Position numbers and translations under genes: made by a program
Shown: piece after piece, positions 18,427 to 27,402 of the stretch
Numbering within the stretch: the stretch's first letter is position 1
Layout of the letters: each line of letters starts with the position of its first letter
Notes under the pieces: generated by a model
What the model was told of the DNA's origin: nothing
Seen by the model: only the letters and a program-made list of their open reading frames with translations
The model's database searches: none
From: Syntrophorhabdaceae bacterium
GTDB lineage: Bacteria > Desulfobacterota > Syntrophorhabdia > Syntrophorhabdales > Syntrophorhabdaceae
DNA: 64,000 nucleotides
NCBI GenBank assembly: GCA_963665295.1
Contig: OY762209.1
Location: forward strand, 2,048,001 to 2,112,000
Direction: 5' to 3'

Positions 18427-19721
18427 CAGTACTCCTTCATGGGGACCTCTATCCCCATGTCCTTGTATTCCGTTATCTTGTTCCTGAGTGTCCTGACCGT
18501 AATGCCGAGGATGGAGGCGGCCCTTGTCCTGTTTCCCTTTACCGATTTCAACGCGTCCAAAATCAGTTTCGTTTCCATTTCCTTGACCGACCCGCCGGTC
18601 CGTGTGGTCTCTTTCGACGTGTCCGTGTCCTTAAGATGCATCACCTTGATCACGGAATAGTTGGAAAGGATGCATGCCCTCGCGATGGTATTGTCGAGTT
18701 GTCTCACATTCCCCTTCCAGGTCTGCTCCATCAGGTATTCCATTGCCTCATGATCGATCCTCGTGTCCATGCCTTTGGAATACTTCTTCAATAAATGTGC
18801 CACAAGCTCCGGGATGTCATCCCGTCTCTCCCTGAGGGGCGGTACAAGGATGGGAAACACGTTGAGCCTGTAAAAAAGGTCCTCCCGAAACTTGCCGTCC
18901 TCGACCAGGGCGCCCACATTTTTGTTTGTCGTCGCAATGACCCTTACATCCACCTTCTTCGGATACTTGCCGCCTACGATCTCGATTTCCCTTTCCTGCA
19001 ATACCCGGAGGAGTTTGGCCTGGAGCCTGAAATCCATCTCCGTTACTTCATCGAGGAGGATGGTGCCCTTGTCGGCAAGCTCGAATTTGCCCGGTTTCTT
19101 CATGTTTGCCCCGGTAAAGGCGCCTTTTTCATACCCGAAAAGCTCGCTTTCAAGCAGGTTTTCCGGGAGGGCCGCGCAGTTTACCGCCACAAAGGGCTGT
19201 CCCTGGCGGTCGCTGTTCTCGTGGACATACCGGGAGACCAGCTCTTTCCCCACTCCGCTTTCGCCGAGAACGAGGACGGTGGTGTCCGATTTTGCGACCC
19301 TTTCCGCCTTCATGAGGACCGCTTTCATCTCCCTCGACGCATAGATGATCCTTCCCGCGTTTACTGCCAGGGCGCGCTTCACCACGCTGTAAAGGGTTTC
19401 CGTGTTAAAAGGCTTCTGAATGTAATCGAAGGCCCCTTCCTTTATCACCCTTACCGCGTCCTGGATCGTCCCGTAGCCGGTAATGAGGATGACCGGCAGG
19501 AGAGGGGACATCTCCCTCACATGGGAGAGAAGGTCCATGCCGTTAAGGCGCGGCATCTTCACGTCGGTAATCATGAGATCGAGGGGGTTTTTCTTGACCG
19601 CATCAACCGCCTCCATGCCGTCTTCGGCAACGGAGACCGCATAGCCTGCCTTGGTGAGCGATTCCTTCAGCGCCAGTCTCATGTGGTAATCATCGTCAAC
19701 GACAAGTACATTGGTTCTCAT
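18426..19721 (-). CDS. sigma54-dependent response regulator, FleR/FlrC-like
   Basis: REC + AAA+ ([14 protein letters not shown]) + HTH (GITVRTLRNK); coupled to flgB and to the upstream kinase. Confidence 0.92.
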   Translation of the reverse strand: MRTNVLVVDDDYHMRLALKESLTKAGYAVSVAEDGMEAVDAVKKNPLDLMITDVKMPRLNGMDLLSHVREMSPLLPVILITGYGTIQDAVRVIKEGAFDYIQKPFNTETLYSVVKRALAVNAGRIIYASREMKAVLMKAERVAKSDTTVLVLGESGVGKELVSRYVHENSDRQGQPFVAVNCAALPENLLESELFGYEKGAFTGANMKKPGKFELADKGTILLDEVTEMDFRLQAKLLRVLQEREIEIVGGKYPKKVDVRVIATTNKNVGALVEDGKFREDLFYRLNVFPILVPPLRERRDDIPELVAHLLKKYSKGMDTRIDHEAMEYLMEQTWKGNVRQLDNTIARACILSNYSVIKVMHLKDTDTSKETTRTGGSVKEMETKLILDALKSVKGNRTRAASILGITVRTLRNKITEYKDMGIEVPMKEY

Positions 19722-20809
19722 ATCTTTTCCTTTGGTATGCAGATAATAAAGGATGATCCCGAACCTTCGACGGATTCGACCTCGATATAGCCCTGGTGGG
19801 CCTGTATGATGTTATAGGCTATGAAGAGCCCGAGGCCGACGCCCTTGTCCTTGGTGGTAAAGAAGGGATTGAATATGTTCTTCCTCACCTCTTCGGACAT
19901 GCCGCACCCGCTGTCCTTGATCACGATGAGCGCATATTTTCCCTCCTCCCTCACTGTCAGGGATATGGCTCCGCCTCTTTCGATGGCTTCCATGGCGTTG
20001 CTGATAAAATTCATGAGAACGAGTTTCACGAGGTCGGGGTCAAAGTGGCAGAGCGCCTCGGAAGAGCTGTCGAATTTGACCTCTATGTCACGGCTCTTTG
20101 CGGAAATGCTCATGAAATCAAGTATTTCCTCGATGACCTTCGAGAGTCTCTCCTCTTTCAGGACGAGGGTCTTGGGCCTTGTGTAGGAGAGGATGTTGTT
20201 GATGATTCTGTCGATGGTCTTGACCCCGAAAAGTACGTGGTCCACATATTTCCTGTCCCTGACCCTCAGCTTTTCACCCTGCAGCAAGGACAGAAAAAGT
20301 TCCATGCTGCCCAGGGGGTTCTTTATCTCGTGGGAGATCCTTGCGGCCATCTCTCCCATGGCTCGGAGTCTCTCGTCCCTTTCGAGCCGCTCTTTCATCT
20401 TCTCGATCTCGGTTACGTCTTCGAAGACGATGACTTCTTTCCCCTCGAACCCGTTTGAGAGCTTCTCCTTGCTCCACCGGAAATGGCCCTTGCCGGTTCT
20501 GAGTTCTCCTGTGCTGCTGTCGCCCTTGTTGAGATTGCCGATGAGACCGTCCGAGCCCCATTGCTCCGCCTTTGTGTTGGAGAACATTATCGCTTTTTCA
20601 TCAACCACGACCACGCCGACAGGGAGGGAATCGAGGATATGGTAGAGGTACTCCTGAGACCGCGAAAGCTCCTCGTTCTTCTCCTTGATTTCTTTCTTCA
20701 ACTGTCCGATCTGGTTCTCCAGGACGTTATAGTAGTTGATTATGGAGTCGGACGCCTTGGAGAATTCGTGAAACGCGTTTTCGAGCAATTCTGTCTGTGA
20801 AGAGGCCAT
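19718..20809 (-). CDS. Cytoplasmic sensor histidine kinase, FleS/FlrB-like
   Basis: N-terminal coiled coil LLENAFHEFSKAS, H-box SHEIKNPL, G-boxes DSGCG and GVGLGL; start placed at ATG 20809 because the ORF-track extension overlaps the promoter. Confidence 0.9.
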   Translation of the reverse strand: MASSQTELLENAFHEFSKASDSIINYYNVLENQIGQLKKEIKEKNEELSRSQEYLYHILDSLPVGVVVVDEKAIMFSNTKAEQWGSDGLIGNLNKGDSSTGELRTGKGHFRWSKEKLSNGFEGKEVIVFEDVTEIEKMKERLERDERLRAMGEMAARISHEIKNPLGSMELFLSLLQGEKLRVRDRKYVDHVLFGVKTIDRIINNILSYTRPKTLVLKEERLSKVIEEILDFMSISAKSRDIEVKFDSSSEALCHFDPDLVKLVLMNFISNAMEAIERGGAISLTVREEGKYALIVIKDSGCGMSEEVRKNIFNPFFTTKDKGVGLGLFIAYNIIQAHQGYIEVESVEGSGSSFIICIPKEKI

Positions 20810-20820
20810 GCCCCACAGGA

Positions 20821-20836
20821 TGCAAGATGTGTACCA
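20821..20836 (-). promoter_or_regulatory. sigma54 promoter of the fleS-fleR-flgBC-fliE-J operon
   Basis: Minus strand TGGTACACATCTTGCA (GG-N10-GC). Confidence 0.85.
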
Positions 20837-20932
20837 GTTTTGGGGAAAGCATCTTTGGAAGACGGAGAAACTGGGGGGACCTTGCTGTGAGAGATAATCG
20901 TCCTCATTTTGCCTGTCGGGCGGGAGTGAGAC

Positions 20933-20948
20933 TGTCATACTTTTGACA
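20933..20948. promoter_or_regulatory. Putative enhancer (FleQ-box-like) for the fleS promoter
   Basis: TGTCA-TACTTT-TGACA about 106 nt upstream of the -24 element. Confidence 0.65.
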
Positions 20949-21234
20949 TGGCCTCCGACTGATCCGTGTCAGCGGGCGGAGTCCGGAGCGACGTGCCCTG
21001 TCTTCTTCCGGTCCGCCCCTTGTAAAGGGTCTCTCCCGGGCCGCCTTTTGAGGGGAGGGAGTTTGGTCTTTGCTTTATTTAGAAATCGTAATATGGTAAG
21101 ATTCCCGTAGGTTCCGATAACCTCTTCCCTGCGGTGACGAACAGGTTGGGTTGCCTGCGGTGGAATGACACGGGGCGGCATATCAAGGCCCCCCCAAGGT
21201 CCCGGTTGCGAGATAAGAGAGGAGACAGGGAACG

Positions 21235-22728
21235 ATGAAGAAGAAAGAGCCGACGGAGACGGGTGCGGAGCGTCGAAGCAAGATGATATACGAAGACCTG
21301 CACAACGTGGAGCCTTCCGAGGACAAACTTTACAAAGCCCTTGCCAACAACTTACAGGTGGGCGTTTATATCATCCAGAACGGAAAACTGCAGTTCACCA
21401 ACATCCACATTCAGGAATATACGGGCTACACGGAAGCGGAAATGTTCAAGATGGACCCCCTCAGTATCGTCCATCCCGCCGACAGGACAGGGGCGGCCAA
21501 GAACGCCGTCAATATGCTCAAGGGGAAACGGGTGTCCCCTTACGGATACCGGCTGATGACGAAACAGGGGAAAACCAGGTGGATCATGGAAACGGTAACG
21601 CCCATCACCCTGAGAGGGGAAAGGGCCGTACTCGGCAACTCCATCGATATCACGGAGCAGAAAGAGGCAAAAGAGAGTCTTCAGGAGCTGAATGCCCTGA
21701 AATCGTCCATTCTGGACGCCATCCCTCAAGCTGTGGTGGGTCTGCAGAACAGGCGGATCAATTTTGCCAATGCCGCAGTGGAAGAGGTTTTCGGGTGGCG
21801 GCCTGAGGACCTGATAGGCAAGAGCGTCACCCGGTTCTACAGGAACGAAAAAGAGGCGGAGGAGATCGGCCGCCATTTCTACAGCACCCTCGAGCACCAG
21901 CGCACCTTCGTCTCTGAATTCCATTGCAGGCACAAGGACGGGCGGGATATCCTCTGCCGTATGAGGTCTTCCCGGATCGGGGAAAGACTGAAAGACCGGG
22001 GCATCGTCATTACCTACGAAGACATCACCGAACAAAGGCGGGCAGAGGAAGAACTTGCGAATTCGCGTGAACAGCTTCGCAACCTTTCCATACACCTTCA
22101 ATCGGTCCGGGAGAAGGAAAGCACCCGGATCGCCCGGGAGATACACGACGAACTCGGCCAGTCCCTTTCCGCCCTCCAGATGGACCTTGCCTGGCTCGGT
22201 CCCCGCTTGCCGACGGAAGACGCGGCCCTGGCGGGGAAAGTGCAGCGCATGAGACACCTCGTGGATGCCACCATAGACAGCGTCCACCGGATTTCCACGG
22301 AGCTTCGGCCCATCCTCCTCGACGATCTCGGCCTCATAGCGGCCATGGAATGGCAGGTCCAGGAGTTTCAGGGCAGGACCGGCGTTCAATGCGTTGCCCG
22401 GCTGGACTGCGAGGACAACTCGGTGGAAAAGGACCTGGCCACGACCCTTTTCCGGGTTTTTCAGGAGGCCCTTACCAATGTGGCCCGCCATGCGGAGGCA
22501 ACAAGAATAGAGGTGCGTCTCGCCCGGAAAGGCGACGAACTCTATCTCCAGGTCTCCGATAATGGAAAGGGCATCACCGCGAAACAGATCGGCGACCCCA
22601 ACTCCTTTGGGATCGTGGGTATCCGCGAACGGGTCAACATGTGGGGCGGCAGTGTGAGTATAACCGGCAAGCCGGGGAAAGGAACTATCCTCAAGGTCCG
22701 CATCCCCATGGAAAGAGGAACGCGCTGA
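21235..22728 (+). CDS. Soluble PAS-PAS histidine kinase (HisKA_3, NarX/UhpB type)
   Basis: Two PAS/PAC domains ending DITEQ, RIAREIHDELGQ, FQEALTNVARHA, DNGKG. Confidence 0.93.
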   Translation: MKKKEPTETGAERRSKMIYEDLHNVEPSEDKLYKALANNLQVGVYIIQNGKLQFTNIHIQEYTGYTEAEMFKMDPLSIVHPADRTGAAKNAVNMLKGKRVSPYGYRLMTKQGKTRWIMETVTPITLRGERAVLGNSIDITEQKEAKESLQELNALKSSILDAIPQAVVGLQNRRINFANAAVEEVFGWRPEDLIGKSVTRFYRNEKEAEEIGRHFYSTLEHQRTFVSEFHCRHKDGRDILCRMRSSRIGERLKDRGIVITYEDITEQRRAEEELANSREQLRNLSIHLQSVREKESTRIAREIHDELGQSLSALQMDLAWLGPRLPTEDAALAGKVQRMRHLVDATIDSVHRISTELRPILLDDLGLIAAMEWQVQEFQGRTGVQCVARLDCEDNSVEKDLATTLFRVFQEALTNVARHAEATRIEVRLARKGDELYLQVSDNGKGITAKQIGDPNSFGIVGIRERVNMWGGSVSITGKPGKGTILKVRIPMERGTR

Positions 22729-22729
22729 C

Positions 22730-23362
22730 ATGATACGAATCCTTGTTGCCGATGATCATGCCGTGGTCCGGGAAGGCATAAAGCAGATCCTTGCGGACCA
22801 GGAGGGCATGGTGGTGGAGGACGAAGCGGAAAACGGACAGGAAGCCCTGCGCAAGGTCACGGAAAAGACTTATGACCTGGTCCTCCTCGACATCTCCATG
22901 CCCGGCAGGAGCGGACTGGAAATCCTCGAAGAGATGAAGGCCATGCAGCCGAAACTGCCTGTCCTTATCCTCAGCATGCACCCGGAGGAGCAATACGCCG
23001 TGCGGACGCTTCGGGCAGGTGCTTCGGGGTACCTCACCAAGGCCAGCGCGCCCAGGGAATTGATCTCGGCGATCCAGAAGGTTTCAAGGGGCGGGAAATA
23101 CGTCACTGTCTCCCTCGCCGAAAAGCTGGCCCTCGAACTGGACGCCAACGCGGAAAAGCCGCGCCATCAAAGGCTGTCGGACCGGGAATACCAGGTCATG
23201 CTCATGCTTGCCTCCGGCCAGTCGGTTAGTGAAGTGGCGGAAGAGCTCTGCCTCAGCGCAAAAACCATCAGCACCTACCGGACCCGTATTCTGGAAAAGA
23301 TGGACATGAAGAAGAATGCGGAGCTGACCCTCTATGCGGTGAAGAACAACCTCATTCTTTAA
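22730..23362 (+). CDS. NarL/UvrY-family response regulator, copy 1
   Basis: REC (ADDH, LLDISMPG, YLTK) + LuxR HTH (LSDREYQV...LSAKTISTYR). Confidence 0.95.
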   Translation: MIRILVADDHAVVREGIKQILADQEGMVVEDEAENGQEALRKVTEKTYDLVLLDISMPGRSGLEILEEMKAMQPKLPVLILSMHPEEQYAVRTLRAGASGYLTKASAPRELISAIQKVSRGGKYVTVSLAEKLALELDANAEKPRHQRLSDREYQVMLMLASGQSVSEVAEELCLSAKTISTYRTRILEKMDMKKNAELTLYAVKNNLIL

Positions 23363-23490
23363 AAGGTTCCTTTTTCCTGGTCCCCTCGTTTAAACCCGTT
23401 GTTATTCCGTCCTGATTCCTGCTTCACGCCTTCCGCGGATGCCCTTTGTGAGGGTCGTTCCCACGGGCGCGCCCGTCACTTATCCTCCCT

Positions 23491-23561
23491 TGTCAGTCAT
23501 ATACCGTCAAAGAAGCCCTTCCTTTCGCCGACACAAAAAAGAGCGCCTCCCCGATACCGCC
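23491..23561 (+). promoter_or_regulatory. Duplicated regulatory element, copy 1
   Basis: TGTCAGTCATATACCGTCAA...GCCGACACAAAAA...CCGATACCGCC, repeated at 24492-24562. Confidence 0.55.
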
Positions 23562-23666
23562 TCTACCTTAAGCATGTTAAGAGAATACTGACCAAGGTCG
23601 GCATGAACGGCCTTGGACCAAGTGCGGAAGGAACGCACCATACAGGCGGGAGGGGCGGCAGGCGTC

Positions 23667-23744
23667 ATGGCGGGCATATCCGGGCAATACGGAAAAAGGA
23701 TGGGGACCGACGTCCGTATACCCATGGAAAGAGGAAAAAGCTGA
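23667..23744 (+). pseudogene. Decayed remnant of the 3' end of the upstream histidine kinase
   Basis: Translates ISGQYGKRMGTDVRIPMERGKS* versus the kinase end ITGKPGKGTILKVRIPMERGTR*; same TGACATG junction to the regulator. Confidence 0.65.
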
Positions 23745-23745
23745 C

Positions 23746-24378
23746 ATGATACGAATCCTTGTTGCCGATGATCATGCCGTGGTCCGGGAGGGTATCAAGC
23801 AGATTCTCACCGGCCAGGAGGACATGATAGTGGAGGACGAGGCGGCAACCGGCCAGGAAGTGCTGTGCAAGATGGCGGAAAAGACTTACGACCTGGTTCT
23901 CCTCGACATCTCCATGCCCGGCAGGAGCGGAATGGAGATCCTCGAAGAGATCAAGGTCATGCGGCCGAAACTGCCTGTCCTCATCCTCAGCATGCACCCG
24001 GAAGAACAGTACGCGGTGCGGATGCTGCGCGCCGGGGCCGCGGGGTACCTCACCAAGGGCAGCGCGCCCCAGGAACTGATTTCGGCCATCCAGAAGGTCT
24101 CGGCCGGAGGGAAATACGTGACGGGCTCTCTCGCGGAGAAACTCGCCTTCGAGTTGGACGCCCGGGCGGAAAAGCCGCGCCATCAAAGGCTGTCGGACCG
24201 GGAATACCAGGTCATGCTCATGCTTGCCTCCGGCCAGTCGGTAAGTGAAGTGGCGGAGGAACTCTGCCTCAGCGCAAAAACCATCAGCACCTACCGGATT
24301 CGTATTCTGCAAAAGATGGACATGAAGAAGAATGCGGAGCTGACCCTCTATGCGGTGAAGAACAATCTCATCCTCTGA
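23746..24378 (+). CDS. NarL/UvrY-family response regulator, copy 2
   Basis: 210 aa, 24 residue differences from copy 1 by manual alignment. Confidence 0.95.
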   Translation: MIRILVADDHAVVREGIKQILTGQEDMIVEDEAATGQEVLCKMAEKTYDLVLLDISMPGRSGMEILEEIKVMRPKLPVLILSMHPEEQYAVRMLRAGAAGYLTKGSAPQELISAIQKVSAGGKYVTGSLAEKLAFELDARAEKPRHQRLSDREYQVMLMLASGQSVSEVAEELCLSAKTISTYRIRILQKMDMKKNAELTLYAVKNNLIL

Positions 24379-24491
24379 GCGGTTTCTTTTAGAATCCCCC
24401 TATGGATACCCACTATTTTCCCCGGCTTTTCCGGATTTGTCATGGGCAAAAACCCGTTTCCCCCCCGGTCTGCCCATAGCCATTCTTTCCT

Positions 24492-24562
24492 TGTCAGTCA
24501 TATACCGTCAAGGAGGCCGTTCTGTTTGCCGACACAAAAAACAGCGCCCCCCTGATACCGCC
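24492..24562 (+). promoter_or_regulatory. Duplicated regulatory element, copy 2, upstream of the acyl-CoA ligase-GNAT gene
   Basis: TGTCAGTCATATACCGTCAA...GCCGACACAAAAA...CTGATACCGCC, followed by TGGTATCAAT (extended -10-like). Confidence 0.55.
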
Positions 24563-24592
24563 CGTGTTTTAGCCGTGGTATCAATATAAACA

Positions 24593-27247
24593 GTGAAGGT
24601 TGACATGAATAACAAAGACAATGCGGAGCGGATTGACGGCGAACACACGGTGCGGGGGGACAGCGGCGAGATCCTGAGCCGGGCGTGCGCGGAGAATCGC
24701 AGCTACCTGATGGAGCACGAGAGCAAACAGATTCTTGAAAATGCCGGGGTCAGGACTACGGGCTGTATGGTGGCCCTGTCCGAAGACAAGGCGGTCGGGA
24801 TGAGCAGGAGTCTCGATTATCCGGTGGTCCTGAAGATAGTCTCTCCTGATGTAGTCCATAAGACCGATTCCGGCGGCGTGAAGCTCGACCTTAAGAGTGA
24901 GGCCGATGTAAGGGCAGCGTACCGGGATATCCTGTCCCGGTTCAGCAAGGAACACGTTACGGGCGTATCAGTGCAGAAGATGGCCCCCCAGGGGATAGAG
25001 GCCATTGTGGGAGTCACGCGGGACGCAAGTTTCGGGTCCGTGCTCATGTTCGGTCTCGGCGGCATATTCGCAGAAGTTTTGAAAGACGTCACCTTCAGGG
25101 TCCTGCCCATCACAGAGGACTCGGCGGCCGAGATGATCGAGGAGATAAAGGGGTACTCCCTTCTCACGGGATACCGGGGTCAATCCGTCGATATCCCCGC
25201 TTTGAAGGAATTGCTCCTTAAAGTATCCAACCTTGCCATGACACACCCCGAGATCAGGGAACTCGACCTCAATCCCGTGCTGCTCTATCCTTCGGGCTAT
25301 GTGGCGGTGGACGCCCGAATATTCGTGGACCATATCCCGCCGGAACCCGTAGTGGAACCTGCGGCGGCAAAAGAGAGCCTTTACGACCTGTTCTACCCCC
25401 GAAGCATTGCGATCCTGGGCGCCACCGACTCCCCGGGCAAGCTTGGGTATAATGTCATGTGGAACCTCCTTTCCCACAAGTTCGCCGGAAAACTTTATCC
25501 CGTGAACCCCCGGAAAGAGACGCTCCTGGGGCTCAAGGCCTATGCGTCGATCCTCGATGTGGAAGAACCCGTTGATGTGGCCATCATTATTGTTCCCGCG
25601 GCGGCGGCCCCGAAAGCCATAGAGGATTGTTGCCGGAAGGGCGTCGGATATCTCGTGGTGGAGACGGCGGGATTCGCGGAAACCGGAGAAGCGGGACGTC
25701 GGATACAGTCCTACATAAAGGACCTCATTGTGGAGAACGGGTGCCGCCTTCTCGGCCCCAACTGCTCGGGGGTGATCAACACCCACCACAACATGGTTCA
25801 ATCCATCGGGATCATCGACCAGTTGCGTAAGGGCAACGTGGGGCTTATCGCCCAGGCGGGCGTTTACGCGGCGGGCATTCTTACGGGACTGAGAAATGTC
25901 CTTGATTTCGGGATCATCGCCACCATCGGCAACAAGATGGACGTAAGTGAGGCGGATATACTTGAATTCATGGGCGAAGACGAGTCCATAGACGTGATCG
26001 CCCTTTACATGGAAGATGTGACAAGCGGTCACCGCTTCGTGGACGTGGCGGGACGGGTCTCCGGAAAGAAGCCCGTGATTGTCCTCAAGGCAGGGCGGAC
26101 GGAGATGGGAAAGAAGGCCGTTTCCTCACACACCGCGTCCATGGCGGGAAACGACGAGATCAACAGCGCGGCCTTCCGGCAAAGCGGCGTGATTCGCGCT
26201 CGGGACAACGAACACCTCTTTTCATTAATGCGCGCCTTTTCCAAGCAACCCCTGCCGAAAGGTCCCGGGGTCCTGGTGGTCACCTATACGGGGTCCCTTG
26301 GCGTGGCCACGACGGACATGCTCTACACGAGCCACATGAGACTGGCCGAACTCGAAGCTCACCTGAAAGAAAGACTGGCCAAAGTCCTGGACGATTATCT
26401 TAACATTCAGAACCCGGTGGACTGCTCCTTCAGCATGAGTCCCGAACAGGTGAAGGAGATCATCGAGATCGGCGTGCAGAGCGAAGACGTACACGGTCTG
26501 GTGGTGATAGTCCAGGGAGAGATGCTCGGCTCCTATGTGGACACCCTGACAGGCATCGACTACAAGGGGAAGCCTGTCTTCTGCTGCGTTGCCTGCAAGG
26601 AATTCGTAATGGACCACGTAATCCGGATGGAACAAAAGGGCGTTCCCGTCTATTCCACCCCGGAAATGGCGGCGGAAGTCCTGGGAGAGATGTACCGGTA
26701 CAGCCGCCGGTGTATGAAGGTCCGGATCAAGGCCCTTGACGGTTTTCTGGCCGACAATTCGCCCACCGTTGATAACCGGCGGATTCGGCTCAGACTACTT
26801 ACTCAAAACGACATGGCCTTATGGACGGAATTCGTGAAAAGCTGTTCCGACCGGTCTCTGTGGCTCCGTTTTCTTTCTCCCTTCAGTCCCACGCCGGAGA
26901 GAGCGGAACGGTTCTGCAACATCAGTCCGGAAGAAGAACTGGCGGTGGTTGCGGAGATAAGCGAGGGAGACAAGAAGAAACTTATCGGCATAGCCCGGCT
27001 CATCAGATGCCGGAGCCTTGACGAAGCCGAATATGCCGTGATCGTCACCGATTCATGGCAACAGAAGAAGTTGGGCCGCATGCTGTCGGAAACGTGCGTG
27101 AAGCTGGCCAAACACCTGGATATGCGGGTTGTGAACGCGGAAACAGTGGACGAGAACCTGCCTATGACGAGGGTCCTCAGCCAGTGCCGCTTCAAGATGG
27201 CAAACAAGGAAAGGAACATGATCCTTATGTCCCTGACCCTTAAGTAG
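24593..27247 (+). CDS. ADP-forming acetate/acyl-CoA ligase (beta-alpha order) fused to a C-terminal GNAT domain (Pat-like)
   Basis: N-terminal ATP-grasp (YPVVLKIVSPDVVHKTDSGGV, MFGLGGIF, ELDLNP, AVDARI); CoA-binding alpha part (FYPRSIAILGA, GFAETG, RLLGPNC, IGNKMDV, LKAGRT, SSHTASMAG); GNAT (RFLS, IGIARL, AEYAVIV, DENLPM). Confidence 0.92.
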   Translation: MKVDMNNKDNAERIDGEHTVRGDSGEILSRACAENRSYLMEHESKQILENAGVRTTGCMVALSEDKAVGMSRSLDYPVVLKIVSPDVVHKTDSGGVKLDLKSEADVRAAYRDILSRFSKEHVTGVSVQKMAPQGIEAIVGVTRDASFGSVLMFGLGGIFAEVLKDVTFRVLPITEDSAAEMIEEIKGYSLLTGYRGQSVDIPALKELLLKVSNLAMTHPEIRELDLNPVLLYPSGYVAVDARIFVDHIPPEPVVEPAAAKESLYDLFYPRSIAILGATDSPGKLGYNVMWNLLSHKFAGKLYPVNPRKETLLGLKAYASILDVEEPVDVAIIIVPAAAAPKAIEDCCRKGVGYLVVETAGFAETGEAGRRIQSYIKDLIVENGCRLLGPNCSGVINTHHNMVQSIGIIDQLRKGNVGLIAQAGVYAAGILTGLRNVLDFGIIATIGNKMDVSEADILEFMGEDESIDVIALYMEDVTSGHRFVDVAGRVSGKKPVIVLKAGRTEMGKKAVSSHTASMAGNDEINSAAFRQSGVIRARDNEHLFSLMRAFSKQPLPKGPGVLVVTYTGSLGVATTDMLYTSHMRLAELEAHLKERLAKVLDDYLNIQNPVDCSFSMSPEQVKEIIEIGVQSEDVHGLVVIVQGEMLGSYVDTLTGIDYKGKPVFCCVACKEFVMDHVIRMEQKGVPVYSTPEMAAEVLGEMYRYSRRCMKVRIKALDGFLADNSPTVDNRRIRLRLLTQNDMALWTEFVKSCSDRSLWLRFLSPFSPTPERAERFCNISPEEELAVVAEISEGDKKKLIGIARLIRCRSLDEAEYAVIVTDSWQQKKLGRMLSETCVKLAKHLDMRVVNAETVDENLPMTRVLSQCRFKMANKERNMILMSLTLK

Positions 27248-27276
27248 GCCGGATGCAGTCGTAACATAGCCAACTT

Positions 27277-27353
27277 GGATCGGTCGCCTTGGATAAGCGA
27301 CCAATCCTCTGCCAGTTGAGGGAGTGTCCTCGTGCGGTGGAGACTCCCTCAAC
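27277..27353. other. Two adjacent intergenic stem-loops
   Basis: GGATCGGTCGCCTT...AAGCGACCAATCC and GTTGAGGGAGT...ACTCCCTCAAC (11-bp perfect stem), followed by A-tracts. Confidence 0.55.
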
Positions 27354-27402
27354 ACCCTAACCCAAAAAAGCAAAAAAGTGAAGTGGAATATAGACCTGAT
27401 TG

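Noticed and set aside
20810..20938. ORF-track N-terminal extension of the FleS-like kinase (likewise fliH, fliG, acs, cheY, hybrid kinase)
   Set aside because: The extensions overlap promoters or upstream genes; downstream starts have an RBS or translational coupling.
21352..22731. 459-aa minus-strand ORF
   Set aside because: Shadow of the PAS histidine kinase.
23399..23749. 116-aa ORF between the duplicated regulators
   Set aside because: Overlaps the duplicated regulatory element, has non-protein-like composition, and is in a different frame from the kinase remnant.
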